This document shows, piece by piece, positions 17,496 through 25,773 of a stretch of 64,000 bases of DNA (positions are counted from its first letter, which is position 1; each line of letters starts with the position of its first letter). The DNA is from Pseudoclavibacter sp. Its GTDB lineage: Bacteria > Actinomycetota > Actinomycetes > Actinomycetales > Microbacteriaceae. The notes beneath the pieces were generated by a model. It ran no database searches. It worked only from the letters and a program-made list of their open reading frames with translations, and was not told the DNA's origin. A program made the translations under genes and the position numbers. The stretch covers positions 213 through 64,212 of the forward strand of contig JBDNYM010000006.1 of assembly GCA_047722305.1 (NCBI GenBank), read 5' to 3'.

Positions 17496-18869
17496 TCACT
17501 CCTTCGTCGGCTTGGGCGCGGGCGGGGTCGGGGTGGCCGGGCGTGGGCTCGGTGGCGCGGTCGGCGCAGACGTCGAGTGCGGTGGCGGCGCGCTGGCCTG
17601 CCCGGCACCGGCAGCGGCCGTCTCGGCCTCACCCGCCAACGCCGTCCCGGCCTTCGGCCCCGCCGTCGCGGCACCCTTCACCACCTGCGCACCGACCACG
17701 ACCGCAGCCGCCGGACCCGCAGCAGCAGCCCCCGCACCCGCTCCCGCCCCTGCTCCGGCACTGGCACCAGCACCGGCACTCCCGCTCGCACCAGCTCCCG
17801 CGCCGGCAGCACCTGCACCGCCGCTTCCAGCGGTCGAGGTGGGCTTCGGCGGCGCACCCGCACCGCCTCCCGAACCTCCGCCGCCGTCGCCGCTGGTCTG
17901 GCCGTCGAGTACCTTCTTCGGCCCGTCACCGGACGGCTTCGACGGCACCGGGATGGGACGGTTCAGTGCCCGCTTGGCGTCATCCTCCGCACCGGCCTGC
18001 CCGTAGTAGTCGGTGCCGACGAACGCGAGGAACCGATACGTCAGATACGGGGCGAACCCCGCCAACGCCATGAGCACGATCCCTGACAGCGGATCGGACA
18101 CCGAGGCCAGGTCGACGTCGATCGGTGCGGCGACCTGCGTGATCGCGACGAGGAAGATCACGACCAGCACGAGCTTGGACAAGATCAGGGCGCTGACGAA
18201 CATGGCCCACTTGCCGACCCAGCCGCGTGCCGCATCCCACGACGAGCCGGAGAACGCCAGCGGAGCCAGGGCGACCGCGACCAGCAGTAGCGACTTGCGG
18301 ATCAGCAGCGACAGCCACACGATCGCCGCCGAGGCGATCGCCAGGCCGGCCAGGAAGATCATGATGATCGCCCCGACACCGGGCGCGGCGATGGACAGCC
18401 CGGACAGCGCCAGGACGAGGGCGGCGATCTTGTCGCCCATCGTCTCGGTGGTCTCGCCTGCGGCCTGGATAATGCCGACGCAGAGCTGGTCGGTGATTTC
18501 CAGCAGCAACGCGGTCAAGGTGATGACCACGAAGGAACCGAGCACGGATTTCCCCAACCCGAGCGCGGCCCGGGTGAGGGCGGTGGGGTCGCGGCGGATC
18601 ATGCCGGTGATGAGCTGCAAGCAGAAGAACAGCAGCATCACGAACACGGCGATGCCGAACACGAGGTTGAACACCGACACGAATCCGGGCCGCTGCACGT
18701 CCACGAGCGTGGTGGTGTCGAAGACCGTCCAGACGGCCTCGAACAGCCACCCGGCCGCGCCGCCCATCGCGCTGGCCAACCAGTCGAACGGGGCCGACAC
18801 CAGCGTGGCGGCGGCTTCGCCGGCCACGTCGCAGACGGTGGAAATCACCGGGACATCGCAAATGCCCAT
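17496..18869 (-). CDS. VirB6/TrbL-like polytopic membrane protein with a Gly/Ala/Pro low-complexity tail.
   Basis: At least 6 predicted TM helices by eye. The C-terminal 130 aa are G/A/P/S repeats. Confidence 0.7.
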   Translation of the reverse strand: MGICDVPVISTVCDVAGEAAATLVSAPFDWLASAMGGAAGWLFEAVWTVFDTTTLVDVQRPGFVSVFNLVFGIAVFVMLLFFCLQLITGMIRRDPTALTRAALGLGKSVLGSFVVITLTALLLEITDQLCVGIIQAAGETTETMGDKIAALVLALSGLSIAAPGVGAIIMIFLAGLAIASAAIVWLSLLIRKSLLLVAVALAPLAFSGSSWDAARGWVGKWAMFVSALILSKLVLVVIFLVAITQVAAPIDVDLASVSDPLSGIVLMALAGFAPYLTYRFLAFVGTDYYGQAGAEDDAKRALNRPIPVPSKPSGDGPKKVLDGQTSGDGGGGSGGGAGAPPKPTSTAGSGGAGAAGAGAGASGSAGAGASAGAGAGAGAGAAAAGPAAAVVVGAQVVKGAATAGPKAGTALAGEAETAAAGAGQASAPPPHSTSAPTAPPSPRPATPTPPAPKPTKE

Positions 18870-18899
18870 GACAAGACCTGCCTTCCTTGCGGACTGCGC

Positions 18900-19169
18900 T
18901 CAGACGGCTTGGCCGACGCCCCAGAAGAAGTTGATGAGCGCGACGCTCGCGCCGCAGATGATCGCCGCGCCGCAGGAGACGAGGACGCCGATCTTTCCCC
19001 TCCCCGCCAAGTGCGGGTTGGAGCTGTTCGCGCCGTAGGCCCACACGATCGCCGAGACGATCAGGGCGAGGACGGCCAGGATCAGGCCCACCGTCATCAC
19101 GGCACCGACGATGGTGCGGAGCTGTTCGATACCGGGAAGGCCGGTGCCATTGGGGTTGATGTCGATCAC
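18900..19169 (-). CDS. Small two-TM protein, pilin-like (VirB2/TrbC-like).
   Basis: GTG at 19169 with GGAGAA 6 nt upstream. 89 aa: VIDINPNGTGLPGIEQLRTIVGAVMTVGLILAVLALIVSAIVWAYG.... The ORF-track start at 19232 was rejected. Confidence 0.6.
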   Translation of the reverse strand: MIDINPNGTGLPGIEQLRTIVGAVMTVGLILAVLALIVSAIVWAYGANSSNPHLAGRGKIGVLVSCGAAIICGASVALINFFWGVGQAV

Positions 19170-19290
19170 GACGGTTCTCCATTCACGCTGAGGGTTGCTT
19201 CTGTCCACAGGTGCACCCCGTCCGCCCGGCATCGTCTTCGTGTTGACATGCGAAAGGCCCGCCCCGGAGGGCGGGCCAGGCGGTGGAGGG

Positions 19291-19560
19291 TCAGAGTCGT
19301 TGGCCGAGTGCGATGAGCCAGTTCATCCATGCCACCCCGCCGCCGGCGAGCACGGCGGCTCCGAGGGCGACGAGCACTCCGACCCTTCCCTTGGCGGCGG
19401 CGGAGTAGTTGCCGTGTGCGGCGGCGACGGCCCAGCAGATCGCGGAGACGATCAGCATGAGCACGGCGATGATGAGCACGAACATGAACAGCGCACCGAC
19501 GACCTGTTTCAGATCACCGATCCCTGCCAGGCCGTCGAAGTCCGGGAACACGTCCATCAC
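19291..19560 (-). CDS. Small two-TM protein, paralogue of 18900-19169.
   Basis: Also 89 aa with the same layout (DFDGLAGIGDLKQVVGALFMFVLIIAVLMLIVSAICWAVAAAHG...). Confidence 0.6.
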   Translation of the reverse strand: MMDVFPDFDGLAGIGDLKQVVGALFMFVLIIAVLMLIVSAICWAVAAAHGNYSAAAKGRVGVLVALGAAVLAGGGVAWMNWLIALGQRL

Positions 19561-19654
19561 GCACCAACCGGGGATCGCAAGTATTCGAAGCGTTCGAGAT
19601 CCATGCTGGCGAGGTGCGCAGGCAGGACCGCCGCCGTCGGGCTAGCGTTGAAGT

Positions 19655-20101
19655 GTGGACGCATGGACTGACGAGCCGGGTGTGGTGGTGTTGCCCGACG
19701 GGCGACGCATCCGCGGCGTCGGCGTGCGCCGGCCGCGCGGCGATGTGCCTGCCCCCGATTTCGCGGTCTATCTACTTGGCCGTGACCCGGCGCCTGGTCC
19801 TTGGCCTCATCGCTGGGTGCGGTGGCGAGACTTCCGGCTGCCGGACTCGACCGCCGACGCGACGACGGCGCTGCGTGAGGCGTGGGAACGTGCCGGTGAG
19901 GAGCGAGTCGAGATCGGGTGTGGCGGCGGCATCGGGCGGACCGGGACGGCTTTGGCGCTGCTGGCAACGATGAGCGGTGTCGCGCAAGAAGACGCGGTGG
20001 CGTGGGTCCGTTCCCACTATCACCGGCGAGCTGTCGAGACGGGCAGGCAACGACGCTGGGTAGAGCAGACCGCGACCTTGCTTCAGACGGAGCGGGAGTG
20101 A
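19655..20101 (+). CDS. Cys-based protein phosphatase-like protein (CX5R).
   Basis: VEIGCGGGIGRTGTALALL fits the C-x5-R-(S/T) P-loop of PTP/DSP enzymes. 148 aa. Confidence 0.55.
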   Translation: MDAWTDEPGVVVLPDGRRIRGVGVRRPRGDVPAPDFAVYLLGRDPAPGPWPHRWVRWRDFRLPDSTADATTALREAWERAGEERVEIGCGGGIGRTGTALALLATMSGVAQEDAVAWVRSHYHRRAVETGRQRRWVEQTATLLQTERE

Positions 20102-20110
20102 CCTTGGTCG

Positions 20111-21768
20111 TCAGCGCGGGGTGGCGGCGTAGGTGTTCCAGGCTGAGCCGGTGAGTTCGGCCCAGCGGGTCGCGGTGGTGATGTGGATGCCGATGAGCGA
20201 GGCGAACACGGCGGGCGGGGTCGTTGAGGCCAGGTGCAGCAGCGCGGTGCTCCGGCTGGCGCGGGTGAAGATGCCGAGCTGGTTCATTCGCCGCATGAGT
20301 GAAGCGGGATGAAGGTGGGTGCCCGCGTTCTTGCCGGTGAACAGCCACCGGGCATCAGCCAGGATGCTCGCAGTGCCGAACGGCTTGACGACCGGTAGCG
20401 CGGTGACCAGCCCGTCCAGAGGCGGGATCAGCAGCACCGGCTCGGGCCCGAGGGCCAGGTAGGTGCCGGTGTCGCGGACCTTGATGTCGTTGGTGGTGAG
20501 GGCGGCGATCTTCGCGATGAGTTGGGCGTAGAGCAGGATCAGGCAGGCGGCGGCGCGATCCTCAATGCTGGCGCTGTCGGGGTAGTGCAGGAGTTGACGG
20601 GCGAGCGCAAGCTGGTCCTCGGGGTCGATGTCGTGGCGAGGGTCTTTCTGGCGGGTGGGCTCGGGCAGTCGGTGAGGTGTCCGCCGCGAGAGAGCCAGCG
20701 CAGGAAAGCCAAGCGGCGGCTCCGGTCGGTGCTGAGCCAGGCACCTACCTGGTCCTGCGGGCAGTCATCGAGAGTGTGGCCGTGGACGACGATGTGGTCG
20801 AGGAAGGCGTGAGCAGTCTGGATCTCGCTGCGGCAGCGTGCGGCGACATGAGCGGTGAGATGTCCGTGGCGGTTGGTCTTGGCGCGGCCGACGACGTGCC
20901 AGCGGGCGTAGCGGGACAGCACGCCGCGTAGCTCGGGGTCGGTGATGTCGGCGCCGGCTTCGGCGGCGTGGCGGTGTAGCCGGGCGGCGTTCTCGTCCCG
21001 GGGCGGCAACGCGCCGGAGGCGACGAGCATCGCGCGCAGGTAGGTCACCGAGAACACTTGCGGGCGGGCATCGAGAGCGTCATGTGACAGGTCGAGTCGG
21101 CCTTGAGCGATGTCGGTGAGCAGGTGCAGGCTCGGCAAGTCGTGCCAGTTGTTCAGCAGCGAGCGGGGTTGGCGTAGCTCGGTCAGTGCATCGCGGACGG
21201 GTTTCAGCTCGGGTCGGATCGTGCTGTCCGGGCCGGTGAGCGCGGCGTCGATCTGCTGGGTGGCTTGGCAGGCGAAGCAACGGGGCCGGCCGTGGTTGGT
21301 GGTTCGTCGGCCGAGTGACCGCTGGCCGCAGATGGAGCAGTCGATGACCGGCGCTTGGTAGCAGGTCGGGCAGACGTCCGGGCTCGTGGCGGTCGCTTTC
21401 AACGCGACTCGCTTGAGCCGGCCGCAGACGCCGCAGGGCCGACGCGGGTGCCGGTAGCAGCGAACGCAGAGATTCCGCGATCCATCGGACTTACCGCCAG
21501 CTCGGGTGGCGAGTGGGCCGATAGTTCCGCATCCATCGCAAGCATCCTCGCTGGCGCGGTTTCGGGCGTAGCAGGTGGTGCAGATAGCGCCGCCGTCGCT
21601 GGTGCGGGCGTTGACTCGCCGCTGCCTGCCGCAGCCGGTGCAGGTCTCCTGGGGTGAGCGGCGGGCGCGGCAAGCCCGACACTCGCCCCGGTTGAGTGCG
21701 TGGTTCCAGCGCAGGTTCCTCATCCGTCCGCAGCGGAAACACTCACCGTGGACGATCGTGCTCGCCAT
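20111..21768 (-). pseudogene. Zn-ribbon / recombinase-like large protein, homologue of 1847-3595, disrupted by a 1-nt frameshift near 20640-20660.
   Basis: The N-terminal 409 aa are in ORF 20539-22173, starting from MASTIVHGECFRCGRM at 21768. My translation shows the homologous continuation ...RHDIDPEDQLALARQLLHYPDSASIEDRAAACLILLYAQLIAKIAALTTNDIKV... in another frame, joining ORF 20111-20437. Confidence 0.7.
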
Positions 21769-21776
21769 GCAGCCGG

Positions 21777-22124
21777 TCAGTCCCCAGCAGGCTTGATGAC
21801 TGCGCGAGTTGGACGGTTCCGGCTGGGCTTGGACGGCGTGCTGGTGCCGGTGGTGCCGGTCTTGCGTCCGCGCCGCGAGCTGGTGGCGACGTAGGGCTCG
21901 ATCAGGTCGTTGGGGGTGACGTCGAAGATGTCGCAGAGCGCGGCGAGCAGCCGCATGTTCAACCGCTCCGGCTCGCCGACCACGATCCGGTAGACCTGGG
22001 TCGAGGTCATCACCACGCCCCGGTCGGCCAGCAGCGGCACCAGTTCGGTGGTGGCGAACATGGCGTGCTCGTTCATGATCTTGCGCAGGTGCCAGTGGTA
22101 GGCGACGGTCTTGCTCATCGGCAT
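21777..22124 (-). CDS. XRE-family helix-turn-helix protein.
   Basis: MPMSKTVAYHWHLRKIMNEHAMFATTELVPLLADRGVVMTSTQVYRIVVGEPERLNMRLLAALCDIFDVTPNDLI. The start at 22124 overlaps the integrase stop. Confidence 0.8.
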   Translation of the reverse strand: MPMSKTVAYHWHLRKIMNEHAMFATTELVPLLADRGVVMTSTQVYRIVVGEPERLNMRLLAALCDIFDVTPNDLIEPYVATSSRRGRKTGTTGTSTPSKPSRNRPTRAVIKPAGD

Positions 22125-23281
22125 GATCCTTCCTCGGTTGCGGTCGGTGGGGTGAACGCGGCGTCCAGGGCACGGCGCAGGGTGCGGTTGCGGTAGTCGC
22201 CGGAGACGCCGGTGTAGAGGGCTGTGGTCGATCCCCACCGGTGCCCGACCTGCTGCTGCACGAACAGCGGGTCGAAGCCGTCCTCGATCAGATGGGTCAC
22301 ATAGGAGTGCCGCAGGCAGTGCGGGTGCAGCGCCGGGTCGAAGCCGAGGTCGTCGCGGTACTCGGCGAACCGCATCCTGATGTAGCTGCCCGTGATCCTG
22401 GATTGTCGTTCGGTCGGCCACAGCATCCCGGCGCCTGCCGTGTCGAACAGCGGCAGCACGTCGGTGACGTATTCCTCGATCACTGGGCGGGTCCAGTCGA
22501 ACACCGCCAGCACCGCCCGCCGACGGGGCGGGGAGCCTTTGCTGGCCTTGCCCCAGCGGACGTTGCAGACCCCGTACCGGCCGAACTCGGTCGCGGTCGG
22601 GTTGCGGGTGAAGTCATGCACGTCGAGCATCCCGACCTCGCGGCGGCGCAGCCCGAAGGCGTAGATCATCTTGAACAGGGTCGCGTCGCGGAACACCGAC
22701 TTCCAGCCCTTCTTCCCGCGCGTGCGAGCATGGTCGACGCGATCGTCGGCGTAGTCGAAGAACGTCTGTACCTCGTCCCGCGACAGCGGCCGGACCGCCG
22801 GGCGTGCCTCGTGATCGCTGGTGTGGATCGCGGTGTTCCACTCATGGCAGACCTGCACCGGATACGTCCCGAACAGGTCCTCGCATCGCTCGATCCAGCC
22901 GTAGCGGCGGTCGGTCAGGTAGTCGCAGAACAACGCGACCGCGTTCTGATACGAGCGGATCGTGCCGTGCGAGCACGGCTTGTCGCCAGAGACCAGCTCG
23001 GTCGTCCACTCCTCGACGTCGGCGGGCGACCACTCCCACGGCAAGCTCCCGCAGAACCCCGCGAACCGGCGCACCTGCGACAAGCGCGCCCCGATCGTCT
23101 TCGCGTTCAGCATCCGCGAGGACTGCTGCGCCGACCAGCCCGTGAGCATGTCATCGAAGACCTGCTCCGCCGGACGCAACAACGCCACGTTGCCCGCCCG
23201 CAACGCCGTCACCGATCCGGGCCAGTTCCCGTCCTCGAAGTCCACCCCAACAGTCTTACATCTAATGTATGAAAAGTACAT
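22115..23281 (-). CDS. Tyrosine recombinase / integrase.
   Basis: HPHCLRHSYVTHLIEDGFDPLFVQQQVGHRWGSTTALYTGV (HxLRH ... GH ... Y). The true start may be the GVDFEDG codon near 23245, because the first 12 codons lie in AT-rich repeats. Confidence 0.9.
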   Translation of the reverse strand: MYFSYIRCKTVGVDFEDGNWPGSVTALRAGNVALLRPAEQVFDDMLTGWSAQQSSRMLNAKTIGARLSQVRRFAGFCGSLPWEWSPADVEEWTTELVSGDKPCSHGTIRSYQNAVALFCDYLTDRRYGWIERCEDLFGTYPVQVCHEWNTAIHTSDHEARPAVRPLSRDEVQTFFDYADDRVDHARTRGKKGWKSVFRDATLFKMIYAFGLRRREVGMLDVHDFTRNPTATEFGRYGVCNVRWGKASKGSPPRRRAVLAVFDWTRPVIEEYVTDVLPLFDTAGAGMLWPTERQSRITGSYIRMRFAEYRDDLGFDPALHPHCLRHSYVTHLIEDGFDPLFVQQQVGHRWGSTTALYTGVSGDYRNRTLRRALDAAFTPPTATEEGSCR

Positions 23282-23412
23282 CTAACGTAAGACTTGGTGC
23301 GTTTCCCCTGGTCAAGAGCCGGGTTCAAGACTCAGATCAGTGACCCCTGGTACCCTTGCCTGACCAGCGAATACGCACGATTCCAGCCGTCGCGGATTAC
23401 ATCTAACGTAAT
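23255..23412 (-). repeat. Three direct copies of an AT-rich 12-14-mer, (T)TACGTTAGATGTA or ACATTAGATGTA on the minus strand, at the integrase-proximal end of element 2.
   Basis: Plus-strand copies are cttacatctaatgta (about 23255-23269), gtacatctaacgtaa (about 23277-23291) and ttacatctaacgtaa (about 23398-23412). The sequence is strikingly AT-rich for this replicon. Confidence 0.6.
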
Positions 23413-23417
23413 AATTG

Positions 23418-25028
23418 CTAGTTTGCTTTCACGGTGACGTGCAGGTGGTCGTAGTGGCCGCCGGTGACGTTGCCGGGGTCGTGCATTCCGCCGCCGTTGT
23501 AGGGCCGCCACCCCTGATCGTCGCGGGCGAGGGACCAGATTTTGCCTTGCCAGATCAGGTATTCGATCCCGAGCACTTCGGCGTTGTCCTTCATCCAGTT
23601 GGTGACCTTCCAGCCGGCCTCCAACTGGCCCGGTGTCGGATAGTGGCCGATGGCGTTGCCGAAGGTGATGTCGCACGCCCGCCCGAGCGGGTGCTCCGAC
23701 TTCGTGCCGGGGCGCGGTGAGTAACAGCCCCACCCGGTGTCGGGGAACGCAGCCTTGGTCTGGGCCATGAGGTGCGCGAGCCGCGCGGTGATCTTCCCTG
23801 AGCTGGTGGGGTCGTCCACCATCTGATCCGGGTCACCCGTCAACGGTGTGGGCGCGCCAGCCGTACCGGACTGGCAACCCGCGGCTGGACCGGTGGCTGC
23901 TTCGGGGAGGTTCGCGGCGCCGTGGTCGTTGAGCCACTTGGCGGGGTCGATGGCTTCGGCGTTGGTGCCGCCGAGGCGGACCTCGAAGTGCAAGTGGTTG
24001 CCGGTGGACATGCCGGAGGTGCCGACGTCGCCGATGTGCTGCCCGGCGGCCACGCGGTCGCCGACGTGGACGAGGATGCCGGCCTGCCACATATGCGCGT
24101 ACGCGGTCGCGACGGTCTTCCCGTCTATGGTGTGCTCGACGACGATAAGACCGCCATAGCCACCGCTGAACTCGGCGACCGTCACGGTGCCGTCCGCGGC
24201 GGCGAGGATCGGGGTGCCGGCCGGAGCGGCCAGGTCCAGGCCTGTGTGGAAGGAGTGCTCGCCGGTGATCGGGTGGATGCGCGGCCCGAACCCGTCGGTC
24301 TTGACCCACGTCCCTTCCGGCAGCGGGAACACCACGCGCGACGACTCGGCCACGCCGACGACGGGGCCGCCGCGCCCGCCGGCGCGGGTGAGGGCGTCGA
24401 GGATCGCATCAGCCACGGGCGCGTAGTTGCGGTACCTGTCGGGAAACGCGCTGACCTCGACCGACTGTGCAGCTTCGCCGGGGTCCATCTGTTCCCAGCC
24501 GGGAATGTCCAGAAGTCCGCGCGGGCTCGGGTAGTTGGGGCCGGCCGGGCCGCCGAAAAACGCGGCGGCTTGGTAGTTCGGGTCCATCAGCTCGGCGACG
24601 GTGCCCCACCCTGATTGGGGGCGCATCTGGAACAGGCCGAGGGAGTCGTGGTCGCCGCCGTTGCCGTCGTTGGGGTAGTTCGCGGACTCGGGGTAGGTAC
24701 CGGTGTTGCTGAGCATCCGCAGCGTGGACTCGGTGAGCGCCGCCATCAGCGCGACCTTCACCCCGGGCCGGCCCACGCCGTCGATCCGGCCGCCGACCGT
24801 GATGATCGTCGCGGCGTGGGTGAGCTGTCGCTTGTTCAGGGTGAAGGTGTAGCCGTCCGCGGTGGTCACTTGGAGGCTGTCGGGGACGTTGCCGACCGAG
24901 AGCGCCCCGCCGGTGGTGGTGCAGGCGGCGATGGCGGCGGGGTTCATCAGTACCCCGATCGCCAGCAGCAGCATCGCCGGGCCGAAGAACAGCGCGGCGA
25001 GCGCGAGGACAGCGAACTTCTTGAACAC
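23418..25028 (-). CDS. Three-domain cell-wall hydrolase: SLT-like, M23 peptidase and LAS (M15/VanY-like) domains.
   Basis: DSLGLFQMRPQSGWG (transglycosylase-like), HTGLDLAAP...GNHLHFEV (M23), and SEHPLGRACD...GGHYDHLHV (Hx6D...HxH). GTG start at 25028 (MFKKFAVLALAALFF signal/TM) after GAGGACGG. Confidence 0.8.
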   Translation of the reverse strand: MFKKFAVLALAALFFGPAMLLLAIGVLMNPAAIAACTTTGGALSVGNVPDSLQVTTADGYTFTLNKRQLTHAATIITVGGRIDGVGRPGVKVALMAALTESTLRMLSNTGTYPESANYPNDGNGGDHDSLGLFQMRPQSGWGTVAELMDPNYQAAAFFGGPAGPNYPSPRGLLDIPGWEQMDPGEAAQSVEVSAFPDRYRNYAPVADAILDALTRAGGRGGPVVGVAESSRVVFPLPEGTWVKTDGFGPRIHPITGEHSFHTGLDLAAPAGTPILAAADGTVTVAEFSGGYGGLIVVEHTIDGKTVATAYAHMWQAGILVHVGDRVAAGQHIGDVGTSGMSTGNHLHFEVRLGGTNAEAIDPAKWLNDHGAANLPEAATGPAAGCQSGTAGAPTPLTGDPDQMVDDPTSSGKITARLAHLMAQTKAAFPDTGWGCYSPRPGTKSEHPLGRACDITFGNAIGHYPTPGQLEAGWKVTNWMKDNAEVLGIEYLIWQGKIWSLARDDQGWRPYNGGGMHDPGNVTGGHYDHLHVTVKAN

Positions 25029-25041
25029 GAGACGCCCGTCC

Positions 25042-25722
25042 TCATCGCAGCGGGTTGTCGAGCTGGGACAGCCGCAACAGGTGACAGGTCGGATAGGTCG
25101 GGGCGCAGACGATGAACACGGTGAACGACACCGCGTGCTCGCTCGTGACGGGTTCGCCGTTCCAGAGGCCGTCGCGGTGCCGGGTGCCCTCGATCGTGTA
25201 CGCGGTCGTGCCGGGTGCGATCTGGCCGGGTTGTGCCTGCGCCACGGCGTCATCCCATGCTTCCGGGATCACCGCGCGGTCGATGGTGAGGTGTTGGCGG
25301 GTCTCGTGCTTGCGCAGCTCGATCCACGCCTCCCGCGTCGGCAGATAGCTCGCGAGGTCGGAGGCGAGGCCGGCTTGTTCGGTGCCGGACGGGTCACCAA
25401 CATCGAGCACCGCGGCCGTGTAGTCCAGAGGCATGAGGCCGCTGGTGGTGTCCCACGCGAAGATCGCCTCCGCGACGTTGCGAGCGAACGTCTCCGGGTC
25501 CGCCGAGCGCGGCACGACCGGCAGCCGCGGCGAGGACGGTCCCGGCGTCGTCGGTCTGTGAGACGGCGACGGTGCGGGTTCCGGTGCCGGGTTGTTGGTG
25601 GTGCGGGGGCCGAGGATGAGGCCGTAGATGCCGACCCCGACGAGGATCAGCAGCACCAGGCCGGCGGCGATGAGCGCGATCAGACGGCCACGCGGAAACG
25701 ACGGAGAGGGAGAAGTCTTCAT
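25042..25722 (-). CDS. Hypothetical membrane-anchored protein of the backbone.
   Basis: MKTSPSPSFPRGRLIALIAAGLVLLILVGVGIYGLIL TM helix followed by a Pro-rich linker. GTGCACCTGACGGGC leader before the ATG at 25722. Confidence 0.6.
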   Translation of the reverse strand: MKTSPSPSFPRGRLIALIAAGLVLLILVGVGIYGLILGPRTTNNPAPEPAPSPSHRPTTPGPSSPRLPVVPRSADPETFARNVAEAIFAWDTTSGLMPLDYTAAVLDVGDPSGTEQAGLASDLASYLPTREAWIELRKHETRQHLTIDRAVIPEAWDDAVAQAQPGQIAPGTTAYTIEGTRHRDGLWNGEPVTSEHAVSFTVFIVCAPTYPTCHLLRLSQLDNPLR

Positions 25723-25773
25723 GCCCGTCAGGTGCACCCCGACCGCCAGCCGGGAACAGCCGAGGATCGTGAA

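Larger units (their letters stand above)
19561..23417 (-). mobile_element. Putative recombinase-triplet element 2, inverted relative to element 1; boundaries approximate.
   Basis: The same integrase / XRE / Zn-ribbon protein order as 440-3595 but on the minus strand. It is inserted between the pilin-like genes and the wall-hydrolase gene of the backbone. Confidence 0.4.

Noticed and set aside
17500-17900. Repetitive GCx/GGx-rich DNA that could be mistaken for a tandem repeat or CRISPR-like array.
   Set aside because: It is the in-frame Gly/Ala/Pro/Ser low-complexity tail of the VirB6-like protein. There are no regularly spaced identical repeats with unique spacers.
20600-20680. Programmed ribosomal frameshift in the large recombinase-like gene.
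   Set aside because: I found no slippery heptamer or downstream structure, and the homologue in element 1 is a single ORF. A mutation or sequencing error is more parsimonious.
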